Shown here one piece after another: positions 34,111-43,692 of a DNA stretch of 64,000 nucleotides (its first letter is position 1; the number at the start of each line of letters is the position of its first letter). A program made the translations under genes and the position numbers. The notes beneath the pieces are model-generated. The model had not been told where the DNA came from. It ran no database searches and was given only the letters and a program-made list of their open reading frames with translations. This stretch comes from Escherichia coli (lineage in GTDB: Bacteria; Pseudomonadota; Gammaproteobacteria; Enterobacterales; Enterobacteriaceae). The DNA is taken from assembly GCF_013315695.1 (NCBI RefSeq), contig NZ_CP054353.1; one strand, given 5' to 3'.

Positions 34111-34824
34111 CTATTCCTGTTTAAAGGCAGGAGTAATAGTGTCTTCACCTTCACTACTTGATTTTTCAGTGTTAACACGTTTTTTCATATTCGCCCCGAT
34201 GTTCTTAGATGGCTGTGTTTTGATAGCTACAGTGTTTACAGTACCATAAGAAACTAATCTTATTTGTTCAAAGCTAAGATCAAATACCAGGGATTCGCTT
34301 GCCTCTTCTGTGTATTCGATGCCTGTTAAAACAACGTTCTCAAAAGTTTTATTTTCTGTAACAAGAAGAAAAGGCTGTCTACTGTCCATAATCTGATTCA
34401 AGTAGTCTATAGCTAATGATCTTCTGTTCCCGTTCACCCCTGCACTCTTTAACAAGCCAGGATCGCTTTTAATCGGTGTTTCAGTGATACGCCCTTTAAG
34501 AGAGAACTTATTGTTTTTAATTTGAACGTGATCAGACACAGTAGCACCATTTTCTACGGGGTAGCTTGTGACATCTGCCGAACGTCTCACGTTCACATCG
34601 TCAACACTATCAAAGGCCAGTGCCATATAATTTTCATAAACGTCATTACCAGAAGATGCCAAGCCACTGGTAACAATAGCAAATCCGTTCTCTCCTTTTG
34701 TTTTATTAGCTTTGCTATTTTCGTTTTTTGTAGAATTTATATCTTGTTCTGCTTTGTAAACAGCCTGAACGTGTTGTTCTGGAGTATTTGCTGCACGTAT
34801 GGTTAAAATCCCGGCGGTCGCCAT
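34111..34824 (-). CDS. hypothetical protein (AT-rich accessory gene)
   Basis: 237-aa ORF, low GC, immediately downstream of the 326-aa ORF on the same strand. Confidence 0.5.
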   Translation of the reverse strand: MATAGILTIRAANTPEQHVQAVYKAEQDINSTKNENSKANKTKGENGFAIVTSGLASSGNDVYENYMALAFDSVDDVNVRRSADVTSYPVENGATVSDHVQIKNNKFSLKGRITETPIKSDPGLLKSAGVNGNRRSLAIDYLNQIMDSRQPFLLVTENKTFENVVLTGIEYTEEASESLVFDLSFEQIRLVSYGTVNTVAIKTQPSKNIGANMKKRVNTEKSSSEGEDTITPAFKQE

Positions 34825-34846
34825 AATAATAATTTTCCTTGTAATG

Positions 34847-35799
34847 TTATGGCGGGAATTCCCCGCCGTTGGATTGTCCTGATAAGCTGGTTAATGTTAA
34901 TGATTTCAAGAAGCTATCCCGACTTGCTCTCGCTGTAAAATCCACATAATCGCTCAATCGTCCGGTGTCTGATTCGATAGTTAGCGGCACTTCTGTTACC
35001 ACTTCAAATGTAGGATTCAGATTAAACACAGGAGATAAATTATAAGCTGGAGTTGTCATTGCAAGATTATTTAAAGCACCCTGTTTGAGATTGGTTATCG
35101 GTGCTTCATTGACTGACATTTTTACATCTGACACAGAAGAATTATCATCGAAAAGCAATCCCTTAATTGTGTTAAAGAGAGAATGACTATTATCAGGTGT
35201 AGTTGTTGCAGTGCCAGCGCCTTTATATTGATTAGGAACGAGATTAGAAAGATTCTGTTTCATCCCTTCATTGCTTAATGGCGGTGCATCACCCATATTT
35301 TTCTGAATAGCATCTGTCTTATCATCATTACGATTAAACCAGTTTACAATCTTCATAATAGCTTCAAAGAGACTTCCTGTAGCTTCTCCCAGCTTCGTAA
35401 AATACGGAGTGAGATTAGAAAGGTTTTTCATAAACTCTTCCGTTACTTTTGGATCGAGAGATTTCATAAAGCCGTCTACGAATGCTACTTGTCTTGCATC
35501 AGAAAGCTGTGAAAGCTGTCTGTTTAGTTCTCTGAATTTAACAATAGAGTCTTGCTGTGTTTCTGTTAGCCATTTTCCAGAGGCTTTTTGCTGATTAATA
35601 CTTTCTTGTACATCTTTAACGGAACGTTGCCAATATTTTGACGTAAGCATCAAATCATCGCCCAGGTCTTCTAAACGTTGTCCAATTTGGGAGTCTGAAA
35701 ACCCTTTTTTCATCATTCCATTAACAGCCTTAGAAATTAATCCAGCCGGATTATCAGCAAATTTTTTAAGGTCGCTTTTGTTAATAACACCGATGTTTA
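34847..35799 (-). pseudogene. hypothetical protein, 5' end truncated by IS2
   Basis: Open frame continues to the IS2 boundary at 35800; the annotated Met at 35827 lies inside IS2. Confidence 0.55.
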
Positions 35800-37130
35800 T
35801 AGACTGGCCCCCTGAATCTCCAGACAACCAGTATCACTTATTTAAGTGATAGTCTTAATACTAGTTTTTAGACTAGTCATTGGAGAGCAGATGATTGATG
35901 TCTTAGGACCGGAGAAACGCAGACGGCGTACCACACAGGAAAAGATCGCAATTGTTCAGCAGAGCTTTGAACCGGGGATGACGGTCTCCCTCGTTGCCCG
36001 GCAACATGGTGTAGCAGCCAGCCAGTTATTTCTCTGGCGTAAGCAATACCAGGAAGGAAGTCTTACTGCTGTCGCCGCCGGAGAACAGGTTGTTCCTGCC
36101 TCTGAACTTGCTGCCGCCATGAAGCAGATTAAAGAACTCCAGCGCCTGCTCGGCAAGAAAACGATGGAAAATGAACTCCTCAAAGAAGCCGTTGAATATG
36201 GACGGGCAAAAAAGTGGATAGCGCACGCGCCCTTATTGCCCGGGGATGGGGAGTAAGCTTAGTCAGCCGTTGTCTCCGGGTGTCGCGTGCGCAGTTGCAC
36301 GTCATTCTCAGACGAACCGATGACTGGATGGATGGCCGCCGCAGTCGTCACACTGATGATACGGATGTGCTTCTCCGTATACACCATGTTATCGGAGAGC
36401 TGCCCACGTATGGTTATCGTCGGGTATGGGCGCTGCTTCGCAGACAGGCAGAACTTGATGGTATGCCTGCGATCAATGCCAAACGTGTTTACCGGATCAT
36501 GCGCCAGAATGCGCTGTTGCTTGAGCGAAAACCTGCTGTACCGCCATCGAAACGGGCACATACAGGCAGAGTGGCCGTGAAAGAAAGCAATCAGCGATGG
36601 TGCTCTGACGGGTTCGAGTTCTGCTGTGATAACGGAGAGAGACTGCGTGTCACGTTCGCGCTGGACTGCAGTGATCGTGAGGCACTGCACTGGGCGGTCA
36701 CTACCGGCGGCTTCAACAGTGAAACAGTACAGGACGTCATGCTGGGAGCGGTGGAACGCCGCTTCGGCAACGATCTTCCGTCGTCTCCAGTGGAGTGGCT
36801 GACGGATAATGGTTCATGCTACCGGGCTAATGAAACACGCCAGTTCGCCCGGATGTTGGGACTTGAACCGAAGAACACGGCGGTGCGGAGTCCGGAGAGT
36901 AACGGAATAGCAGAGAGCTTCGTGAAAACGATAAAGCGTGACTACATCAGTATCATGCCCAAACCAGACGGGTTAACGGCAGCAAAGAACCTTGCAGAGG
37001 CGTTCGAGCATTATAACGAATGGCATCCGCATAGTGCGCTGGGTTATCGCTCGCCACGGGAATATCTGCGGCAGCGGGCTTGTAATGGGTTAAGTGATAA
37101 CAGATGTCTGGAAATATAGGGGCAAATCCA
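35800..37130 (+). mobile_element. insCD: IS2 (1331 bp, complete)
   Basis: Ends TAGACTGGCCCCCTGAATCTCC ... GGAAATATAGGGGCAAATCCA; InsC (35891..36256) and InsD (36214..37119) match canonical IS2; no 5-bp target duplication. Confidence 0.95.
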
Positions 37131-37493
37131 TTAACACATAAGCAATCAGTATGATTGGTTAGGTGATTACTCTTACTGCGCACAGCGCAATAGATTTCTT
37201 CGTGGGCGTTACCGCCAACGAAGTTACACGAAGAAAGTAACGCTTTGCTTTCGGTGTGAGCGGAACGGGCCAGCCACGAAGCCCGAAAGGTAGCGGAGTA
37301 AGGCTGCTTGCCAGAGAGTGAAGCTAACGCCGGAAGGCAAAAGATCATATATATAGATATAAAGAATATTATTATTATGATCTAATTAATAATCTAATAT
37401 AGTTTTATTAATAGTCTTATTGTAGTTCACAGTGACCTACCCCCTAGCTCACTATGACCTACCGTTACTACCAATCATCACATAGCACTCACT

Positions 37494-38277
37494 CTGTGTA
37501 ATGCCTTTCTATGTGTGTGCCATAATCCCCTATATTCCCTGTGTAAATCATAGAATATCCCTAACTTATTCCTGTGTAATTCCATACTAAAAATTCAATG
37601 AAAAGTAGCTTAAAAGTGCAATTCTTACTTTCTTCACTTTTACATCACTTTCGCAAATCCTTGTGTAGTGCGGCCTACAGAGCACCATCAGAAATTGTTG
37701 GCTAAAAATTGTTCTGCTTGTTTCTTAACGAGTTTTCTCGTTTGTGCAAATTTTAAAATTTATTTTGTTTTTACAGCCTTATTTCGTGTAATGCGTGGCA
37801 TAGCAAGCCCTTTTCTTGTGTTGTCAAGACATTTGGCAACGTTCAAACATCTGTTTAGAAATGCCAAATTGTTGATCTAACAAATAAACCTGTATAAACA
37901 GAACACCATTTAATCTATTCCCCTGTGTAATCCACTACATCACACAATAAAAACAAAAAAACCTTTAATTATGTTTCATAGCATACAAAAGTCAACAGAA
38001 GCCCTCTCGTGCTCCTACGTAAAAAATCCATCACTTTTCCCCTGATACATCAACTCAAGGCGTTCTATGTGTTCCTTAGTGCATATTACGTTTATTATGT
38101 TAAATTGATTTTGGCCTATATTTTGACCTGCACCCGCATAAACACTGGTTTCATCGCTTACACTCCTTGTGAGACGTGGTGCTGTTTCTAGCATCTGATC
38201 CGACATAAAACCGATCATTCTCGTGTTTAGTGAAAGTTTAGTGAGAGACATTACAGAAAGGCTTTCTGTGTAATGAT
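37494..38277 (+). repeat. Dispersed C(T/C)TGTGTAAT motif family in AT-rich non-coding DNA
   Basis: CTGTGTAAT-like copies at ~37494, 37539, 37572, 37783, 37924, 38269; nearby direct repeat (G/A)TGACCTACC at ~37430-37470. Confidence 0.5.
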
Positions 38278-38424
38278 TTAATAGGTAAAAACGATGTTGA
38301 TTACGCAAGAAAATTCCTTGCTGATATTTGGGGATTCTGGATTTTCCAGATCGGGGGGCGCTGAAAATCGCGTTAAGCACCTCTCGCAATCTAGCCATAA
38401 GGGAAGGGATATAGGTATTTAGAT

Positions 38425-38590
38425 GTATTTATAGCTATTTATGGCTATTTATTTTTTATTTGCCTTTATTTAAAAATAACCTTATAAATCAATAAGATAC
38501 ACAACTATCTGTTTATATTTTAATCAATTAAATCAAGTTTAATACCCTTAAATCACCTGAAAATACCCTTAAATACCCCAATAATTAATT
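38425..38590 (+). repeat. Iteron-like direct repeats
   Basis: TATTTATAGCTATTTATGGCTATTTATT (38425-38452) and ATACCCTTAAAT twice (38541-38584); no ORF over 60 aa in this stretch. Confidence 0.5.
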
Positions 38591-39723
38591 TTAAGGTTTT
38601 CCGTGTTCTCTTCTGCATTATGAAAATGCAAAATAAGGCACAAAACAAGCGCACAGACGCATTAAACACACATCACCTATACATCCCTATACCAAGCAAT
38701 GAAAATAGCGTTAGAATGCGTCCTGTTGCGTTCTGGAGATTTTCAGAAATCCTCTCTAAGCCATTTCAACTCATTAAGGAGTTTTCTTTCTTCGTTCTCT
38801 CTCTGTTTACGCTCTAGCCAGGCTTTTCCTTCTGGCGTAGACAGGAACTTACGAGCGTGAATCTTGCGGTTATTACGTTTGATAGCTGCAATGTTTTTCA
38901 TCGTGTGCCTCTGTATTCATATGAAAATTAACAAGTTACATACTACACAGGGAGACTACGCATAAAACACAATACAAGTAAAGATACATTTTCAAGACAA
39001 TAGGAGCCATAAAGCGCCTTTGATGGGCTACCCCAAAAAATAAGCGCCGTAGGCGTATCCACTAAAAGGGCTTTTTCACAAAAGCTATGAAGTCTTAGCA
39101 GTTCTTCTCTTATCAGGCACCCGTTGTACTCCGGTGGACGAAACCGTGCTAGAGCTTGATTCTTTCCCGATCAAGTTAGGTTTTGAAGAGGTGGGCTTTG
39201 ATCCACTATTGCACTTAAAACTCTTCCCATCATTTAGCCTGTTTATCCTCTGCAACGTCTCACGACGTGTAGCATCATTGGACACCGCGCCAGGTGTGGA
39301 ACATCTTGCTAAGAGTTTTGGTAGAAGGTTTAGAGACGGTGGCACGTCTTCCAGCTTCAAAGGAACTTGTTACGAGGTTGAGCCTGGGAACTACTCGCCC
39401 ATACGTGTTACACTACCAAAGCCCATAACAACGTATAGGCGTTTGTAAGTGATAACAGAAGATACAATTTCTTAGAGAAGTTAAGCTAAGTTATTGATTT
39501 TCTTGATTGTGCGATAATAGGAACAATACACATAGGCGATAAGCTTTGTTTTTGTTGCCTTTTTTATTGTTCATTTTTTATAGATACCCCCAAAAGTACC
39601 CCCATATCTTTTTCCGCCCCTGAAATTTGGTTGTTATTCATACAGCATATCAGGCGGTAACGCTCTCCCTTTAACCCACTTATTGTATGATAGTGCTATC
39701 CCACAATAAGGAATCAGCCAGCC

Positions 39724-40083
39724 ATGAGAATGACCAGCCGCAAAAAAGAGATACTTAGCTACTTTGAACCGGATAACCTCGAATGGGTGACTGGTGAGAT
39801 TGGTGCGCCGCCGTTCGATGTGTCGGGTGTGGCCTACCTGCTTCATGGCATGGTGTCGTTCGATAAGCGTCACCAGCTCGAATCAACCCGGCGCACACTG
39901 GAAAGCATGGTTGCTGGTGGACTGCTTGAGCGGGTGACAGTGTATGAATCGCGCCAGATACGGCGCGGCGGTGATACTAACGCAACGGTCGTGCGCTACG
40001 GTTTACCCGGTCAGTGCGCTGTTATGCGCGATACTGGCGGCGCTGACAACGCAATATCAGGTGAATACATGCGGGTCAGTTAA
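39724..40083 (+). CDS. hypothetical protein
   Basis: 119-aa ORF with normal GC content. Confidence 0.4.
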   Translation: MRMTSRKKEILSYFEPDNLEWVTGEIGAPPFDVSGVAYLLHGMVSFDKRHQLESTRRTLESMVAGGLLERVTVYESRQIRRGGDTNATVVRYGLPGQCAVMRDTGGADNAISGEYMRVS

Positions 40084-40618
40084 TAGCCTGCAATCTGTCG
40101 TTGATGCGGCTCAGGTCGTAAACCCGGCGTTCAATATCCAGCATCAGGAAATTGTGGATCTCGGCCTGCTCAGGATTATCAGACTCTCTGGCCTGTAATA
40201 GCAATTCATTGTAACCATGCAAGCCGCCTGAGTTTTCCGCCGGGGTGGTGCCTTTCCCACGCAGGCAGCTAATGGGCTGATTACTCGTATCGTGTGTTTG
40301 CTTCTCCAGCACAATGACGCAATCCCACCAGTCGCCAAAGTCATACGTGTAAACCAGCTTGTCACCCTCATTCTGGAGCGCCGCCCATAGTGGCGTGATT
40401 GCCGCGTTACCCATGCTTTCATCCTCACCCCATACGCGATACTCGCTACCTGGATCACCTTTACGCCCTTTCTCGAACATATACAGGTGTTCGTCATTCC
40501 AGCCAAAAGCTAACTGGATCACGGCATGAAGTTTACTAAAGGGGATTTGCTCTGGAACCAGCACACGCCGCCATATAGGTGGTTTGCTGTCTCGGATGGT
40601 TATCTTTAGCTGGTACAT
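40076..40618 (-). CDS. pRiA4b ORF-3-like family protein
   Basis: 180-aa ORF MYQLKITIRDSKPPIWRRVLVP...; N-terminal motif recalled as typical of the pRiA4b ORF-3-like (PF07929) family. Confidence 0.5.
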   Translation of the reverse strand: MYQLKITIRDSKPPIWRRVLVPEQIPFSKLHAVIQLAFGWNDEHLYMFEKGRKGDPGSEYRVWGEDESMGNAAITPLWAALQNEGDKLVYTYDFGDWWDCVIVLEKQTHDTSNQPISCLRGKGTTPAENSGGLHGYNELLLQARESDNPEQAEIHNFLMLDIERRVYDLSRINDRLQAIN

Positions 40619-40738
40619 GCAAATCCTGAATAAATGCGAATCGGAAGGATAACGATACTGACGTACTCACAATTCTGTAAAGGTGAATAAAGGAAATTTG
40701 CTTAATACGCATAAGTTACATGTGGAATAATCCCATAT

Positions 40739-40924
40739 CTACCTGCGCGGCGCTGGCTTCTTCCACTGATAGGCAGGTGCTCGCATCATTTCGCGGAACC
40801 TGTCGCGCCGGGCTATATCGGCATTAACTGATCGTTCTATCTCCCGTTGATCTGCCTGTGTAAGCTGGTGGCCTCCGTGCTCAAGTTTGGCGATGGTCAA
40901 TAAGGCTATTTCGCGTGGTGTCAT
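40739..40924 (-). CDS. small hypothetical protein
   Basis: 61-aa ORF. Confidence 0.3.
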   Translation of the reverse strand: MTPREIALLTIAKLEHGGHQLTQADQREIERSVNADIARRDRFREMMRAPAYQWKKPAPRR

Positions 40925-41221
40925 ACGTCATACCCTCTGGAAGAATGAAACACGCCCGGATTAAATTTCATTTTTCGCGGGTATAAAAAAACGATGGGGC
41001 GGGCAGTCCCGGATAGTCAGGGCTGTAGAGATTTGACTACCCCCTCCCCACTGGATTCAGGTTACTGCTATTCCGTTAAGCGCTGCTTACGGGGATAGCT
41101 GCGTTGTGATTTTGACCATTCAGGTCGCCGCTATTTCCTCACCGATTGGGTGCTACGCGCGCGCGTACTTGTCCCGAAATACCAGAAACCGCCAGCCAGA
41201 GGATGATTTCCCTCTGGTGGT

Positions 41222-41503
41222 CTACCTTTGCCTCTTGCCGCCATTTAACCGGAAGGCGTTACCGTTCGGTTGCGCTATCCCCATGCGGTGTTGCGTTTCG
41301 GTAACAGCTTTATGCAGGTCGCCAAATTCCTCAACCTTCACGGGCGGGCGCTTCACGTTCTCCAGACACGTTTCACGGCGGCGCTTTATCCATTCCCGAT
41401 CATCGTCCTCGGTGCATAACAGCATGACTTCCATCCATCGTGCGGCAGCTCTCCGGTATAGCCCTTTTGACTCCAGCTCTTCAGCTTTCCTGTCCCTTAT
41501 CAT
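41222..41503 (-). CDS. PerC-family transcriptional activator
   Basis: 93-aa ORF MIRDRKAEELESKGLYRRAAARWMEVMLLC..., resembles PerC/Pch proteins of prophage islands. Confidence 0.6.
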   Translation of the reverse strand: MIRDRKAEELESKGLYRRAAARWMEVMLLCTEDDDREWIKRRRETCLENVKRPPVKVEEFGDLHKAVTETQHRMGIAQPNGNAFRLNGGKRQR

Positions 41504-41539
41504 TTCTGCCTCTCAGATTATATAGATAAGCAAAAAGGT

Positions 41540-41678
41540 GTTGGTTCAGTTGGTTCAGTTGGTTCAGTTGGTTCAGTTGGTTCAATTTGTAAAGATTGTT
41601 GTTTTTATTGTGTTTTTTCTGAAATATTGAACCAACATCAACTCATTTTGAACCAACACAGCCCAGCTCTGAACCAAC
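41540..41678 (+). repeat. Iteron array 2 (paralog of array 1)
   Basis: GTTGGTTCA x5 tandem (41540-41584), spacer TTCAATTTGTAAAGATTGTTGTTTTTATTG, then TGAACCAAC x3; the spacer aligns with array 1. Confidence 0.65.
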
Positions 41679-41780
41679 AACACAGCGATAGATTTGTGAT
41701 TGGTCCGTTATTTTCTGGCTGATATTTGAGCGTATAACAGTGTTATACAGTGGTATACTGTATGGATATTACTCACTGAT

Positions 41781-42236
41781 ATGGTCTTTGCAATGAGCAA
41801 ATCTAATCTGGTCGCGTTCCGCATCCCATCTGAATTGCAGGATGAGTTTAATCGGTCTGTTCTCGCTTCTGGAGGAGATAAAACCTCCTGGCTTGTTGAT
41901 GCGATTCGCATGAAGCTGGGGCAGCCGGAAAAGTCTATTGATTCACGAATGCTTGGGCTGGTGGAGCGCATGGAAAAAGCCGCTGCGTCGCTTATTGCCG
42001 GAAAGCCGAACATCCCACCAAAACCATATAACGAAACGGCAGTTATAAAGATCATTGCCGATACCATCCAACAGGGATTTGATAATGGGCGTGTGATAGC
42101 TGAACGGATCAATGAAGCAGGCTATCAAACAAAAGCTGGTAAAGCGTGGGATAAAGATATTTACAGCGCGTGGAAGCGTCAGGGAAGCAATGCTGAAAAG
42201 CTAAAAGCAGTGATTGATTGTAAGGTCAGCGTATAA
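41781..42236 (+). CDS. putative ribbon-helix-helix DNA-binding protein adjacent to the iteron array
   Basis: 151-aa ORF; N-terminal SNLVAFRIPSELQDEFNRSVLASGGDKTSWLVDAIRMKL fits an RHH (Arc/MetJ/CopG-like) pattern. Confidence 0.45.
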   Translation: MVFAMSKSNLVAFRIPSELQDEFNRSVLASGGDKTSWLVDAIRMKLGQPEKSIDSRMLGLVERMEKAAASLIAGKPNIPPKPYNETAVIKIIADTIQQGFDNGRVIAERINEAGYQTKAGKAWDKDIYSAWKRQGSNAEKLKAVIDCKVSV

Positions 42237-42315
42237 ACATGAGTGCCCATTGGAAAGTTGCTTGGGCCAATACCTTTATACACCAGCAGGTAGTGACGAT
42301 AGGTGAGGATCAGAT

Positions 42316-42537
42316 ATGAAAGGCAGAACGCCACACATTGAACATCAAGCCAACCACTTCCCTGATGTTCGCAATGAGATGATTGCCATTCGCGGTGATA
42401 TGCACGGATTGGAGCGTCGAATTATTGATAAGATTGATGAAAATAGAGATAAGGCCAGTGAAAATCAAAAGTGGATCATCGGCCTGTTGATTTTATCAAT
42501 TCTTATCCCGCTACTTATCGCATTGGTCACAAAATGA
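42316..42537 (+). CDS. small tail-anchored membrane protein
   Basis: 73-aa ORF with C-terminal hydrophobic helix WIIGLLILSILIPLLIALV. Confidence 0.35.
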   Translation: MKGRTPHIEHQANHFPDVRNEMIAIRGDMHGLERRIIDKIDENRDKASENQKWIIGLLILSILIPLLIALVTK

Positions 42538-43058
42538 ATATCCAATGTGTATGCTGTCGATGCTACGCGCGCGTACTTGTCGCAAAATATCAGGCAAAGG
42601 CCAGATTCAGAAAGTCGTGATAACCACCAGCACAACATGAGAGGTCATGTAACGCGATTTATCACACCAGATACATGTGATTGGTGTACCCGCATAAAAC
42701 ATCGTCATAGCGCGTCCTGTGCGCATATACGCCGATAATCAACACATCACCACCACTCTGTCTCATGTAGAGAACAGTTTTATGGTATCCCCCGCCATCG
42801 TGTGCGTACTGGTCGGACGCAGTTGCAAAAAATTTTGCAACTGATACCCCTCGCGCGCGTACTGGTCACGAAATTGGTGTTTTGCTGTGGCAGTGATATC
42901 AGAAAAATCTTCCTGTTTCACATAAAGCGGATATGCGCGTACTGTAACGGCCCCATCAACTGGGAGCGGACTTGAAATCCCGACCCAAGCTATGTACCAA
43001 ATGCCATGTCTTGGATATATGATGATTGCCATTCTAAACAACGCTAAAGGGGGTTGGT

Positions 43059-43673
43059 GTGAGCAGAAAAGATACTAAAGAATTGCTAACTATCTGCATG
43101 GTGTACTTTTCAATTTATTTTTGTGCATACATGATAGTCCCAGATGAGTTTGAACATGGCAGTATTATTTATTCCATAACATTCTATTTTTTAGAGCTAA
43201 CACCAATTTTGGCTATCCTTTTGGGAATACATATTTATTTTTCCTTAAAAAAAGAATCGACTAATTGGGAGAAGGTATGGAGAGACAGAGGATTTCTAAC
43301 ATCACCTAAAGATGATGCATATGAGAGTGATTTTTCTGACTTTATAACAAACTACTACTCCAGCGAACAATTCAAAAATAGACTGTCTGATGTTTGGGAA
43401 ACAGCAATGTATTCCATAGGGATTATATTATTGATACTTACTGGTATTGCTCAATATGTTTTTAACATTGACTTATCATTAAATCCTGAAAATTTAATAT
43501 CGCCATTGATTTTTGGTGAGATATTGATCTTCTCATTCGGAATTTTCTTGAGTGTTGTTCTCTGCTCATTATGCAAGCTACTGACTAACAGGTATCCGGG
43601 TGAAGCAAGGAGAGCAAGAAAGGCAAATCCATATTATCTTTTATTTCCTAATGGAGACAGCAGAGATATCTAA
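43059..43673 (+). CDS. AT-rich multi-pass membrane protein (candidate exclusion/accessory moron)
   Basis: 204-aa ORF with about four hydrophobic helices, strongly A/T-biased codons, GTG start. Confidence 0.5.
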   Translation: MSRKDTKELLTICMVYFSIYFCAYMIVPDEFEHGSIIYSITFYFLELTPILAILLGIHIYFSLKKESTNWEKVWRDRGFLTSPKDDAYESDFSDFITNYYSSEQFKNRLSDVWETAMYSIGIILLILTGIAQYVFNIDLSLNPENLISPLIFGEILIFSFGIFLSVVLCSLCKLLTNRYPGEARRARKANPYYLLFPNGDSRDI

Positions 43674-43692
43674 GCCATCCATGGCTAACCAG

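Noticed and set aside
36953-37348. 131-aa minus-strand ORF spanning the IS2 right end
   Set aside because: Crosses the IS2 boundary and has a Ser/Leu/Ala/Cys-rich non-protein-like composition; the GC-rich flank looks structural rather than coding.
39085-39448. Overlapping ORFs of 91 aa (minus) and 104 aa (plus) in the AT-rich region
   Set aside because: They overlap on opposite strands and neither has convincing protein-like composition or an obvious RBS; left as possible ncRNA/regulatory DNA.
41540-41584. Possible CRISPR array (short tandem repeats)
   Set aside because: The 9-bp units are directly contiguous with no spacers and there are no cas genes in the window; they are iterons, not CRISPR repeats.
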